Origin: Acidilobaceae archaeon
GTDB lineage: Archaea > Thermoproteota > Thermoprotei_A > Sulfolobales > Acidilobaceae
Direction of reading: 5' to 3'
Assembly (NCBI GenBank): GCA_038897215.1
Contig: JAWAWX010000001.1
Span: forward strand, 768,001 to 832,000
DNA length: 64,000 nucleotides
The notes under the pieces are model-generated. The model saw only the letters and a list, made by a program, of their open reading frames with translations. It had not been told where the DNA came from and ran no database searches. Shown piece by piece: positions 1 to 8,855 of the stretch; the first letter of the stretch is position 1, and each line of letters starts with the position of its first letter. The position numbers and the translations under genes are program-made.

Positions 1-455
1 GCCCAGGCTTCCGAAGGGCCGATCGTGAATGTCCCACCTACAGGAGTTATCAGTAGGTCGACTCCAGTAATCCTAGCCAAGACAGAGGGCTCAGGCTCCT
101 CCCCTAAGTCGCCTAAATGCGCTACTCTTACTCCTTCAGCCTCGACTAGGTAAATAGTATTGCTACCTCTTTGCGCTCCTTTAACTTTATCGTGGTAACT
201 AGGGAGCCCTACTACTCTTAGAGAGTCTAGAATATTCTCGCCTAAACCCATCTTGATGACCCTCGCGCCCGGCTTGGCTACAACGCTTACAGCATTGTGG
301 TCGAAGTGGTCGTGAGATACGAGAACTATGTCAGCTGACGCTTTAGGCTTAGGTATACCTAAACTGGCTCCATCATGAGGATCGAATACAATCGAGGCAC
401 CGCTCGATAATCTAAGCTCGACACAAGCGTGACCATGCCACACGACGAGAACCAC
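1..455 (-). CDS. Metallo-beta-lactamase fold hydrolase (partial, runs off window start)
   Basis: Manual minus-strand translation from GTG at 455: VVLVVWHGHACVEL...FDPH...VSHDHFDH...HLGDLG. Absent from the ORF track because it is truncated. Confidence 0.85.
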   Translation of the reverse strand, partial: MVLVVWHGHACVELRLSSGASIVFDPHDGASLGIPKPKASADIVLVSHDHFDHNAVSVVAKPGARVIKMGLGENILDSLRVVGLPSYHDKVKGAQRGSNTIYLVEAEGVRVAHLGDLGEEPEPSVLARITGVDLLITPVGGTFTIGPSEAW

Positions 456-597
456 TGGTAGCGCACCACTTAGAAGTCTCGAGAGAGGAGAGGTTAAACG
501 CTTAGTAGAAGCGCGTACAGCGAAAGTAGGGTCGTTTCTTGAGCATTAAGACTTAAATTTCTTAAAACTGTAATACATAATTGGGTGTATTTAAGCT

Positions 598-1176
598 ATG
601 GTGAATAGCGAGGAGCCAGACAGTATTAGAGAAGAGCGGAGGAGGCGTCAAGGTGCTCTACTAAGGGATAGCTATGAGAGCGAGTCCGAGGTTTCAGAGT
701 CTGCTCTAAGATATCTTAAGGCTATATTCTTGTTGTCAATAAAAGACATCTATGTGAGACTTTCGCTAATAGCGAATACCTTGGGGGTAAGTCTTCCAGC
801 AGTCAGCATTACCGTAAGGAGACTGCAAGACTCAGGGCTAGTGGAGGTGGATAGCAAGAAGGGAGTGAGGCTGACTAGCGCGGGCCTGGCTCTCGTTATG
901 AGAAGATGCGCTAAAAGGATGATGATAGACTCGAGCCTCTTCGCTCTAGGCCTCCCAGCTCCTCTAAGGATTGTTATGGCTAAGGTGCTCGAGCTTGGGC
1001 TGGATGAAGAGAGCGTAACCAGACTCTGGATTTATGCGGGACGTCCTCGAGTATGTCCTCTAGGCAATCCCGTCTACACTTTCGATGATATAAGAAACAT
1101 GAGCTTCGAGGAGTTCGCAAGGAGAGCGAGTATATGTTGTCACATGAAGGAGTTATTCGAAAAACGCGCTTCGTGA
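598..1176 (+). CDS. DtxR/MntR-family transcriptional regulator (divergent)
   Basis: YLKAIFLL...IANTLGVSLPAVSITVRRL HTH, VRLTSAG and CPLGNP motifs; near a metal ABC transporter. Confidence 0.8.
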   Translation: MVNSEEPDSIREERRRRQGALLRDSYESESEVSESALRYLKAIFLLSIKDIYVRLSLIANTLGVSLPAVSITVRRLQDSGLVEVDSKKGVRLTSAGLALVMRRCAKRMMIDSSLFALGLPAPLRIVMAKVLELGLDEESVTRLWIYAGRPRVCPLGNPVYTFDDIRNMSFEEFARRASICCHMKELFEKRAS

Positions 1177-1721
1177 CAGTAATCGAGTTCAGCAGATGGC
1201 TTTGGCTTCTAGCTCTAGCAGTGTTCATAGTAGCTCTGGTTTTCTCCACGTATCTCAACAGAGACTGGTTCTCCTTCACTGCTAACGCTCTAAGCGACTT
1301 AGGTAGCGACCGTGCTAGAGCACCGTTAATATTCAATGCTAGCCTCATTGTCTCAGCAGTAGTACTAGCGGGTTACAGCATCTATCTCTACGAGAGATTC
1401 GGCAAAGCCGTAGCGACATCTATGCTAGCCACGTCTCTAATGCTAGCTGGTGTTGGACTCTTTCCTGAAGGTAGAAGCCTCCACGTCTTCTTCGCGGTGC
1501 TATTTTTCGCTATGGCCTACGTGACGGTGGCTCTCACCTCCATCAAGCTTTACGCTAGAGGGAGCGCTGGGCTCTCTCTCGCGCTAGCTTTCCTGATACT
1601 CGTCGCAATGATGGGTTTGCTTATTCCATGGCCCTCTGTAGCTCTCTTAGAACTTTATCTCATCGCAGTCATGACTCTCTGCTTTCTCTTAATCAGCAAA
1701 GCTGGCTCAAGCCTGGACTAG
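1134..1721 (+). CDS. DUF998-like membrane protein
   Basis: WFSFTANALSDLG, GVGLFPE and LH motifs; several TM helices. Confidence 0.75.
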   Translation: MLSHEGVIRKTRFVTVIEFSRWLWLLALAVFIVALVFSTYLNRDWFSFTANALSDLGSDRARAPLIFNASLIVSAVVLAGYSIYLYERFGKAVATSMLATSLMLAGVGLFPEGRSLHVFFAVLFFAMAYVTVALTSIKLYARGSAGLSLALAFLILVAMMGLLIPWPSVALLELYLIAVMTLCFLLISKAGSSLD

Positions 1722-2098
1722 TGTAGAGAAACTAGTGTAGTCCTGCACTCTTCATTGTCTAGAGCGTGCCTGTATATAGCTAGTATGTTTTCAGCACTAC
1801 CCTCTATCACAAATACAACTCTACAATAGCTCTCCTCATGGCTGTGAATGTCTAGGAGGACTCTCTCCGAGTATCTCTGAACGACCTCTCTTAGTCTCAG
1901 AGCGTCTCCTATACACGAAACTACTAGGAGAGAGACGCAGTAATGGCTACTCGAGTAGTGCTCGAGTTCATCGAGGTATCTAGATATAGCCTGCTCTACT
2001 AGCCTGCTTCTCTCCATAGATAACCTCAAGCAGAGCTTATCAAGCCTCTCAGCTAAGTCTTCTCTAATGCTGATACCGAATCTCCTCCTGCTAGCCAC
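1718..2098 (-). CDS. NikR-like ribbon-helix-helix regulator
   Basis: N-terminal RHH (RFGISI...L...LD...RSRLV..AI) and C-terminal HxH...C motif. Confidence 0.75.
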   Translation of the reverse strand: MASRRRFGISIREDLAERLDKLCLRLSMERSRLVEQAISRYLDELEHYSSSHYCVSLLVVSCIGDALRLREVVQRYSERVLLDIHSHEESYCRVVFVIEGSAENILAIYRHALDNEECRTTLVSLH

Positions 2099-2966
2099 GC
2101 TTTAACACCCACGCTATCGCAAACATCACGAGCATAGCTATACCTACTCCAGCGGATATAGGTATATCTAAATAGAGAGAGACATGCAACCCTACCATGA
2201 AAGAGAGTAGAGCTGCGACAGTAGAGGCTATAACGTGGAGCCTAGACCCTCTCATCATCATAGCTGAGACAGCTCCAGGTAGTAGTAGAGACACTGCTAC
2301 TATGAGGTAGCCTGTTATCTTAACCATGGTCGCTGACACGATCGCGGTCAACGCCAGCGCTCCAGACTCGTAGAGCCTTACTTTCACGCCAGCACTATAT
2401 GCTAGAACGCGGTCGACGCCGATCAGCCCTATCTCTCTAGCCATCGCGAGAGACGCTAATAGAGTAGCTAGACCTACTAGTAGAGCTAGGAGAGCATCGT
2501 CGAGAGTCGCTAATAGAGGGTCTCCTACCACTAGAGCGTAGACGCTCACCGCTCCGGTCACTGTAACAGCATGGTAGATAGTCAGTGTTGATAAAGAAGC
2601 AGTGACAGCTATCGCTATGGATGCCGCTACATCACTCTCGAGTTTCTCTCTCAATAGACCGACTCCGAGGCCTACGAGTAGAGTAATCCCTACAACGTAA
2701 ACCCAGCTATTGCCTCCCAGATAGTACTCCATTAAGGCGGCTAGTGGAGCAGCGAAGAGAACTATGTGTGGCATCGAGTGAGCTATGAAATAGCTTCGCT
2801 GAAGCGCGACTAGCCCGCTCACAGCCCCGAAGCCTACAGCAGCGCCTAGGAGAGCTAGGAGAGTCTCTCTAGGCAGATGAGGGTGGACAGCTAGAGCTAT
2901 GGTGACTATAGCTATAGCTATCACGGTTACAGCGACAGAGAAGTATTTAGCGAGAGCAACATTCAT
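2091..2966 (-). CDS. Metal ABC transporter permease (ZnuB/MntB type)
   Basis: HSMPH, GDPL and D..LA...GV motifs; multi-TM; in an operon with the ATPase. Confidence 0.85.
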   Translation of the reverse strand: MNVALAKYFSVAVTVIAIAIVTIALAVHPHLPRETLLALLGAAVGFGAVSGLVALQRSYFIAHSMPHIVLFAAPLAALMEYYLGGNSWVYVVGITLLVGLGVGLLREKLESDVAASIAIAVTASLSTLTIYHAVTVTGAVSVYALVVGDPLLATLDDALLALLVGLATLLASLAMAREIGLIGVDRVLAYSAGVKVRLYESGALALTAIVSATMVKITGYLIVAVSLLLPGAVSAMMMRGSRLHVIASTVAALLSFMVGLHVSLYLDIPISAGVGIAMLVMFAIAWVLKRG

Positions 2967-3678
2967 GATCAGACACCCAGTAAGCGTAGAGAGTCTTTGG
3001 GTGAGCTTTCAACAAAACCTCCTCAGGGTCTCCAGCAGCTACTACAATCTTGTTGAGTAACACTACCATCTTAGTCTGCTCTAGTAGCGGGTGCGGGTCG
3101 TGACTAGTCACTACTACGAGCCTTCTTCTAGACTCTTCACCGAGAAGCTCGGCTATCTGCGCTCTCCCCTCAGGGTCAACGGAGGCGAGAGGCTCATCTA
3201 GGAGGATTATGGGAGCTCTAGAGGCTAGAACAGCTGCTAGAAGAGCTCTCTGAAAACTCCCCCCGCTCAGCTCGGATAATCGAGCCTCCCAGGCTCTTCG
3301 CGGTAAGCCCACTTTCTCCAGGTACTCTGCCACGACCTCCCTGCTAGAGCCTCTAGAGAAGACTTCAGCTAGCTCGGCTACAGTCAGGGGTGTGAGGGGT
3401 GGGGGCTTGTTCGTCTGAGGCATGTAAGACACGAGAGCCGAGACTCTCTTATAGTCTTTCGCAACGTCTAGACCGCAAACCAAGACTCTGCCGCTCGAAG
3501 CTTCAAGCATGCCTGCTACAGCCTTTAGTAAAGTGGTTTTACCAGCTCCATTGGGTCCTAGCACTTGGATCAGCTTTGGTCCCTCTAGCTTTAGAGTCAC
3601 GTTCTTCAAAGCGTACAAGTCGCCATACTTGATTGTGAGACTCTCTACGGCTACTTCTAGCGTCTTACACTCCGCTAT
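2947..3678 (-). CDS. Metal ABC transporter ATPase (ZnuC type); start probably ATA at 3678 rather than TTG at 3618
   Basis: GPNGAGKT, LSGG, LLDEP and SHD motifs; the frame extends upstream through LEVAVESLTIKYG to an ATA preceded by GGGGAG. Confidence 0.85.
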   Translation of the reverse strand: MAECKTLEVAVESLTIKYGDLYALKNVTLKLEGPKLIQVLGPNGAGKTTLLKAVAGMLEASSGRVLVCGLDVAKDYKRVSALVSYMPQTNKPPPLTPLTVAELAEVFSRGSSREVVAEYLEKVGLPRRAWEARLSELSGGSFQRALLAAVLASRAPIILLDEPLASVDPEGRAQIAELLGEESRRRLVVVTSHDPHPLLEQTKMVVLLNKIVVAAGDPEEVLLKAHPKTLYAYWVSDHECCSR

Positions 3679-3742
3679 GGCTTACTCCCCCTATGTTTTA
3701 ACTGTAGTGAAGCCCTATAACCTCTGTGCACAGACCTGGTAG

Positions 3743-4684
3743 TTGGTGAATGTGTCTGTGCACAGCTCTAGGATAGTAATAGTACTAGGGCTCGCTATAG
3801 CCTTAGCGCTGAGCCTCATACCACTAAAGCTGGCTTTCGAGAAGCTTCTCGAAGAGCAGCCAGAGCTAGACAGCGGGGAGTACCTAGTAGCGGTAACGTT
3901 CCCTGGTATTGTGGGAGACCTGGAGAAGCTAGTGGGAAAGGGGAGAGTGGTGCTTGTCGTCACTCCCGAAGCCGACCCACACCACGCCTCGCTAACTCCT
4001 CAGGGTAGGAGAGCTCTCTCCACAGCTCTAGTAGTTGTGACTATGGGGCATACACACATAGACCTCGAGATCGAGAAGCTAAAGAAGAGGGGAGCTATCC
4101 CGGGAGTCTTGATAGACATAACTAAGCTAGAGGGTATTCGTAAGCCTGTTCTCCCAGATGGTAGAATCAACTACCATGAGCTCTACTGCGATCCATTCAA
4201 TCTAGAGACTTTGATGAAAGCCGTGGCTAGAGAGCTAGCGAGAAGCGGGCTCGACGACCAATCGCTCTCAGAGAGGCTGGAGGGCATTCTGAGAGATATA
4301 GAGTCAGTCAAGGCTACGACCGGCATTCTAGGGGGCTACACTGCTATAGTGTCCTATGCTGGTCTACAGCCACAAGTAGAGTGGCTTGGCTTGCAGGTCG
4401 TGCACTATCTAGCTGAAGACATTGACACCAGCCCTTCCTCTAATGCTCTCAGAAGAGCTAGGCTATTACTAGCTAGCGATATAGTGGTAGTCGTGATAGC
4501 TGTTAATGAGAGAGGAGAGCCTCTCACCACAACAGACGCTTGGCTCCTCCGAGAAGCGGAAAAGCTGGGGAGGCCAGTGCTCAAAGTCAGGTTCTGTGCT
4601 CTAGCTACGAGTACTATCGATGTGCTTAATGAGACAACATATGCTGCGATAGAGCTAGCAAAGCTTCTCCGCTCGAGTCGATGA
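3743..4684 (+). CDS. Metal ABC transporter substrate-binding protein (ZnuA type)
   Basis: N-terminal TM anchor; DPHH and NYHE motifs; divergent from the ATPase/permease. Confidence 0.85.
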   Translation: MVNVSVHSSRIVIVLGLAIALALSLIPLKLAFEKLLEEQPELDSGEYLVAVTFPGIVGDLEKLVGKGRVVLVVTPEADPHHASLTPQGRRALSTALVVVTMGHTHIDLEIEKLKKRGAIPGVLIDITKLEGIRKPVLPDGRINYHELYCDPFNLETLMKAVARELARSGLDDQSLSERLEGILRDIESVKATTGILGGYTAIVSYAGLQPQVEWLGLQVVHYLAEDIDTSPSSNALRRARLLLASDIVVVVIAVNERGEPLTTTDAWLLREAEKLGRPVLKVRFCALATSTIDVLNETTYAAIELAKLLRSSR

Positions 4685-4761
4685 GACTCTATGTGTTACA
4701 CCTCGCTACTATGTTTCTGTAGGCGATATTAAGCTCGAGGAGCAAGCACACCATAGAGGGG

Positions 4762-5376
4762 ATGAGGAAGATGAGAGAGTGCACGCCCCGATTAGATTTC
4801 CTACGCCACATATTCAACGCTACTCTAGTCGAGAAATCCTGGGAGAAGCTACCTCCCACAGTCGTCATAGAGGAACTCAAGAAAAGAATGGCTAGAGCTG
4901 AGGATAAGTTCAAGTTCTCGATCTACGGAGGAGACCCCAGAAGACTCGTGGACTTCCTCGATAGCGATGAGTGGAGAGAAATAGTCAACTACGCTAAATC
5001 AATGGATGCTCTCTGGATACTAGAGGAGGCGCTCAAGAAGCTTGAGAGAGAGTATGAGGCCTCCTGCCCAGATGTAGCAGCCAAGGTTGGCACTGTTTTA
5101 GCAAGCCTTGCTGGAGCTAGAGAATACCCCTCTAGCGAGACTAAGAGACAAGAGATCACGCTAGACGTGATAGCTAGAAGGCTCAAGCTAGAGGGCATTC
5201 AGGCAGACATAGTCATCGGAGACCACGGAACCAAATACATCCAGGTCGAGAGGCCTCTCCTCAAGGCTAAGATAGAGGTCTCAGATGGGGTAATCAAATA
5301 CGAGGTCTGCAGGTCGGGGAAAGCTAGCACTATAGAGGGTCTCATAGCGGCTCTCAGAAAATACGAGAGCGCGTAG
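4762..5376 (+). CDS. Hypothetical protein
   Basis: 204-aa ORF with host-like codon usage. Confidence 0.6.
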   Translation: MRKMRECTPRLDFLRHIFNATLVEKSWEKLPPTVVIEELKKRMARAEDKFKFSIYGGDPRRLVDFLDSDEWREIVNYAKSMDALWILEEALKKLEREYEASCPDVAAKVGTVLASLAGAREYPSSETKRQEITLDVIARRLKLEGIQADIVIGDHGTKYIQVERPLLKAKIEVSDGVIKYEVCRSGKASTIEGLIAALRKYESA

Positions 5377-5405
5377 AGCCTCTACTCTGAGAGAGTTGAG
5401 AAAGC

Positions 5406-5846
5406 TTGCCAGCAAAGCTCCTAATCGAGTCCTCGAGAAGCAGGAGAGGCAAGCACGCTGAGAGAAAGATCGCCTTCATAGTCTCCAAAGACCACGTCCG
5501 GGTTCTCGATGAATCTTATTGTAGTCAAGGCAGACCCATGAAGCCTACATACTCTAAGGGGAGAGCGTGCGAGCTAGAGGTAGAGGTTGCTCCAGGAAGC
5601 TACGCGGTTCAACTCAGGCTTGTCAGAAATCTCTGGGGTAGAGTTAAGGGGTGTATTAGCGTCTACGATGCCAGCGGCTCTTTACTCTACAGAGCGTCTA
5701 TCAGGAAGCTTAAAGTAAGGCCCTCTCGAGGCGACTACAGATACCACTGGGTTGTCGAGAAAGTGATAGAGCACATAAAGCTCTCCAGAATCCTGAAGAG
5801 GTATAAGCTACCGCCTAGACTATACAAGATGTTCTCTCATGCCTGA
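5406..5846 (+). CDS. Basic hypothetical protein (SRSRRGKHA motif), possibly nucleic-acid binding
   Basis: 146-aa Arg/Lys-rich ORF with TTG start. Confidence 0.55.
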   Translation: MPAKLLIESSRSRRGKHAERKIAFIVSKDHVRVLDESYCSQGRPMKPTYSKGRACELEVEVAPGSYAVQLRLVRNLWGRVKGCISVYDASGSLLYRASIRKLKVRPSRGDYRYHWVVEKVIEHIKLSRILKRYKLPPRLYKMFSHA

Positions 5847-6136
5847 ACTCTAATCCTCCCCCTCTTCAAGATATACTCTCTCAGAGGTTTAGCTAGATTA
5901 TAGCACTCGCCAGCATCCTCTAAGAACCCCATATCTACGAGTCTCTTAATCACGCTAGCTGGATCCCTAACCTTTCCCGCGAGCCTCAACTCTTTGATAG
6001 CTCTCAAAGAGCCTACTGATATGTTTTCTAGAAAATAGTTCAGTACTTCGCGCTCCTCTTTGCTTAAATCCTTAACCCTATCTAGTAGTCTCGCCGCCTC
6101 GACCATATCCGCTTCTCTGAGAGACTCAGACAACAC
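5837..6136 (-). CDS. PolB1-binding protein PBP2-like winged-helix protein
   Basis: YFLENISVG...AIKELRL...DP..VI..L...G.LE...ECYNL pattern. Confidence 0.7.
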   Translation of the reverse strand: MLSESLREADMVEAARLLDRVKDLSKEEREVLNYFLENISVGSLRAIKELRLAGKVRDPASVIKRLVDMGFLEDAGECYNLAKPLREYILKRGRIRVQA

Positions 6137-6320
6137 AGTAGCCCAAGCTAGCCTTACGAGTGTGCGAAGCTTTAGCCGTTCGCTGTAGAAGCACTAAAGA
6201 GGCGGGGATGAGTTAGGCGTTGACTGCGTGGGCTTAGTGGCGAAAAGCCCACAACGACCCGCCTCTCCGCTCTGCAAATCACAAAACACTAAAGCGCGCT
6301 GAGTTAAACTCTACCGAGGA

Positions 6321-6405
6321 GCGGGGGTGCCCGAGCCAGGTCGAAGGGGGCGGGCTCAAGACCCGTTGGCGTAGGCCGGCGTGGGTTCAAATCCCACCCC
6401 CCGCA
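6321..6405 (+). tRNA. tRNA-Leu(CAA)
   Basis: GCGGGGG/CCCCCGC acceptor; GCGGG-CT-CAA-GA-CCCGT anticodon arm; long variable arm; GGTTCAAATCC; no encoded CCA. Confidence 0.95.
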
Positions 6406-6418
6406 TCACAGTCTCTTT

Positions 6419-7438
6419 CTATGCCTGTGCTAGCTTACTCGCTACTGCTTCCGCGAACTCACTAGTGGTCGCGGAGCCTCCCAAGTCTTGGGTCAGGACT
6501 CTCCTCTCAGCTAGTACTGACTCTACAGCGTGCTCGATAGAGGAGCCCGCATTCGCGAACGTCGCGTTACGGTATTTCTCTCCTAGCCACCTAAGGCTCC
6601 AAGCGAAGCAGAGAATCATGGCTGTCGGATTGGCTACGTTCCTGCCTGCTATATCGAAAGCGGCTCCGTGAACAGGCTCGAACATAGCTTTTGAATCTCC
6701 TAAATTTGCAGATGGAGCTATTCCAATACTACCGCTAACATACGCTGCTAGGTCGCTCAATATGTCTCCATAGAGGTTGGTGGTTAGAATTACGTCGAAT
6801 CTCTCAGGTCTCCTGACTATATCCATCACGGCAGCGTCTACGTAGGCTTCATCTATGGAGACGTCCGGATAGAATCTGGCGACCGTTCTAGCAGTATCTC
6901 TGAATAAACCGTCTGTGACGGGGAGAACGTTAGCTTTATGGACTATCGTCACATGCTTTCTCCTACCTCGAGCCAGCTCTAGCGCTACTCTAGCTATCCG
7001 CTCGCTAGCCCTCCTACTAGTTACTTTGAGAGCTACGGCGACATCTCCCGGCAGTAGATACTCAGCTCTCACATAAACGTCTTCAGTGTTCTCTCTCACG
7101 ATCACCAAGTCTATGTCTTTAAGGCAGAGACTCTTCACGATGCACCGAGCAGGCCTTATGTTAGCATAGAGGTCTAGCCCCCTCCTTATCCTCACCACGA
7201 CGTCTCCTGCACTCTCCCCTACTGGACCCTTTACGATCACATCGGCTTTCTCTAGCATCCTCCATGATGCTGGAGGCAGTGGATCTCCGTACTTAGCCAT
7301 GGCGCTATCGCCCGCCTCTACGAACACTACTTCTAAATCGATACCCCAGAGAGTGAGAGCTTCCCGGAGAACTCGTAGAGCAGCTCTAGAGACCTCTGGC
7401 CCTATCCCGTCTCCCTCAATCACCACAAGTCTCGGCAA
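6419..7438 (-). CDS. leuB: 3-isopropylmalate dehydrogenase
   Basis: GDGIGPEV, LYANIRP, VRENTE, NLYGDILSD and FEPVHGAAFDIAG motifs; leu cluster context. Confidence 0.9.
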   Translation of the reverse strand: MPRLVVIEGDGIGPEVSRAALRVLREALTLWGIDLEVVFVEAGDSAMAKYGDPLPPASWRMLEKADVIVKGPVGESAGDVVVRIRRGLDLYANIRPARCIVKSLCLKDIDLVIVRENTEDVYVRAEYLLPGDVAVALKVTSRRASERIARVALELARGRRKHVTIVHKANVLPVTDGLFRDTARTVARFYPDVSIDEAYVDAAVMDIVRRPERFDVILTTNLYGDILSDLAAYVSGSIGIAPSANLGDSKAMFEPVHGAAFDIAGRNVANPTAMILCFAWSLRWLGEKYRNATFANAGSSIEHAVESVLAERRVLTQDLGGSATTSEFAEAVASKLAQA

Positions 7439-8621
7439 CTCTGCTCACACTGCCAGGTAGCTTTCCTACTATCTCTTTGATTAGGTCGTATGTAACTCTA
7501 ACACCCGAGTCTCCGAGTCTTTTAACCTCGGCTAGGACGTAATCTACGAGCTCTTTAGTAGGCTGTATGCACATACTCTTAAGGACGTACTCTACAGCAT
7601 GTCTCCCAGAGTGTTTTCCGACAACTATTCTTCTTTGAAGCCCTAGCATTGATGGGTCGAAAGGCTCGTAAGTCAGAGGATTCGATAGAACTCCGTGCAC
7701 GTGTATTCCTGACTCGTGGGCAAACGCGTTAGCGCCGACTATGGCTTTATTGGGAGGCACTTGAAGCCCAAAATGTCTTGAGATTAGCTCGGCGAGTCTC
7801 GGTATGGAGTATAGCTTGACTCCTGTCTCGAAGCCTAGGAGAAAGACGAGAGTTGTCACGACCTCCTCTAGAGCGGCATTACCGGCTCTCTCCCCCACGC
7901 CTAACACTGTCACATGGACTTGGCGAGCACCAGCTTCAACAGCGGAGATACTGTTGGCTACAGACATACCGAAATCGTCGTGACAATGCACGCTGATTAG
8001 ATAGTCTCCCTTCACCTCTCTTTTGATAAATCTAACTAGCTTCCTCATACTACTAGGTGTAGAGACTCCCACGGTGTCAGCTATATCTATCCGAGATGCT
8101 CCAGCATCGACAACTGCCTGGAACACTCTAGCTAAAAACCGGGGATCAGAGCGTGTAGAATCTTCAGCACTAAACTCTACTATTAGACCGTGCGACTTAG
8201 CATACTCCACAGACCAGACAGCTCTCTCTAGAACCTCCTCTGGGCTCATTCTCAGCTTGTACTTCATATGCATCTCTGAGGTTGCTATGAAGAGGTGTAT
8301 GGATCGAACCTCGGCTTCTATAACTTTATCAATATCGCTCTTCACAGCTCTAGATAAAGCTACAACCTCGGACCTGTAGACATTCCTAGCTATCTCTCTG
8401 ACTGCTCTAAACTCTCCTTCGCTAACAGCTGGATAGCCGGCTTCAATAGCATCCACTCCAGAGTCTTCTAGAGCCAGCGCTATCTCGAGCTTCTGTTGAG
8501 GAGTTAGGGAGACGCCTGGCATTTGCTCTCCATCTCTTAAAGTCGTATCTAGGATTCTCACATAGCTCCTAAGAGCACGTAGCCCGCTAGACTTCTTTTC
8601 TCCAACAATCAGAGGCACCAC
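7416..8621 (-). CDS. leuA: 2-isopropylmalate synthase (short form without regulatory domain)
   Basis: [22 protein letters not shown] and HESGIH motifs. Confidence 0.85.
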   Translation of the reverse strand: MVPLIVGEKKSSGLRALRSYVRILDTTLRDGEQMPGVSLTPQQKLEIALALEDSGVDAIEAGYPAVSEGEFRAVREIARNVYRSEVVALSRAVKSDIDKVIEAEVRSIHLFIATSEMHMKYKLRMSPEEVLERAVWSVEYAKSHGLIVEFSAEDSTRSDPRFLARVFQAVVDAGASRIDIADTVGVSTPSSMRKLVRFIKREVKGDYLISVHCHDDFGMSVANSISAVEAGARQVHVTVLGVGERAGNAALEEVVTTLVFLLGFETGVKLYSIPRLAELISRHFGLQVPPNKAIVGANAFAHESGIHVHGVLSNPLTYEPFDPSMLGLQRRIVVGKHSGRHAVEYVLKSMCIQPTKELVDYVLAEVKRLGDSGVRVTYDLIKEIVGKLPGSVSRVAETCGD

Positions 8622-8855
8622 TAGGAACCCCTTATCTGACTAGTTAAAGGTTTTTCGCTGGGGAGCCTCGAGAAACGTTTATAAGCACTCTTCTCTAAGA
8701 GCTTCGAGCCCTGGTGTCGGCTTTTGGTTTTGAAATAACGCACTTCAATGATGTAGACTCCCAGCGCTTAGCTCGACTCAAGTCATGTCGAGAGCAGAGG
8801 AGTGTCGTTAAACGAGCCCCATGGGGTCAGCTGAGAGCACTGAAGCCTTCTCGAG

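Noticed and set aside
6381-6671. ORF MGSNPTP...
   Set aside because: Begins inside tRNA-Leu and is antisense to leuB.
8690-8855. Long ilvB leader as an attenuator or leader peptide
   Set aside because: The short ORF is not enriched in Leu/Ile/Val, and no terminator/antiterminator pair is seen; only a weak CTCGAC/GTCGAG hairpin.
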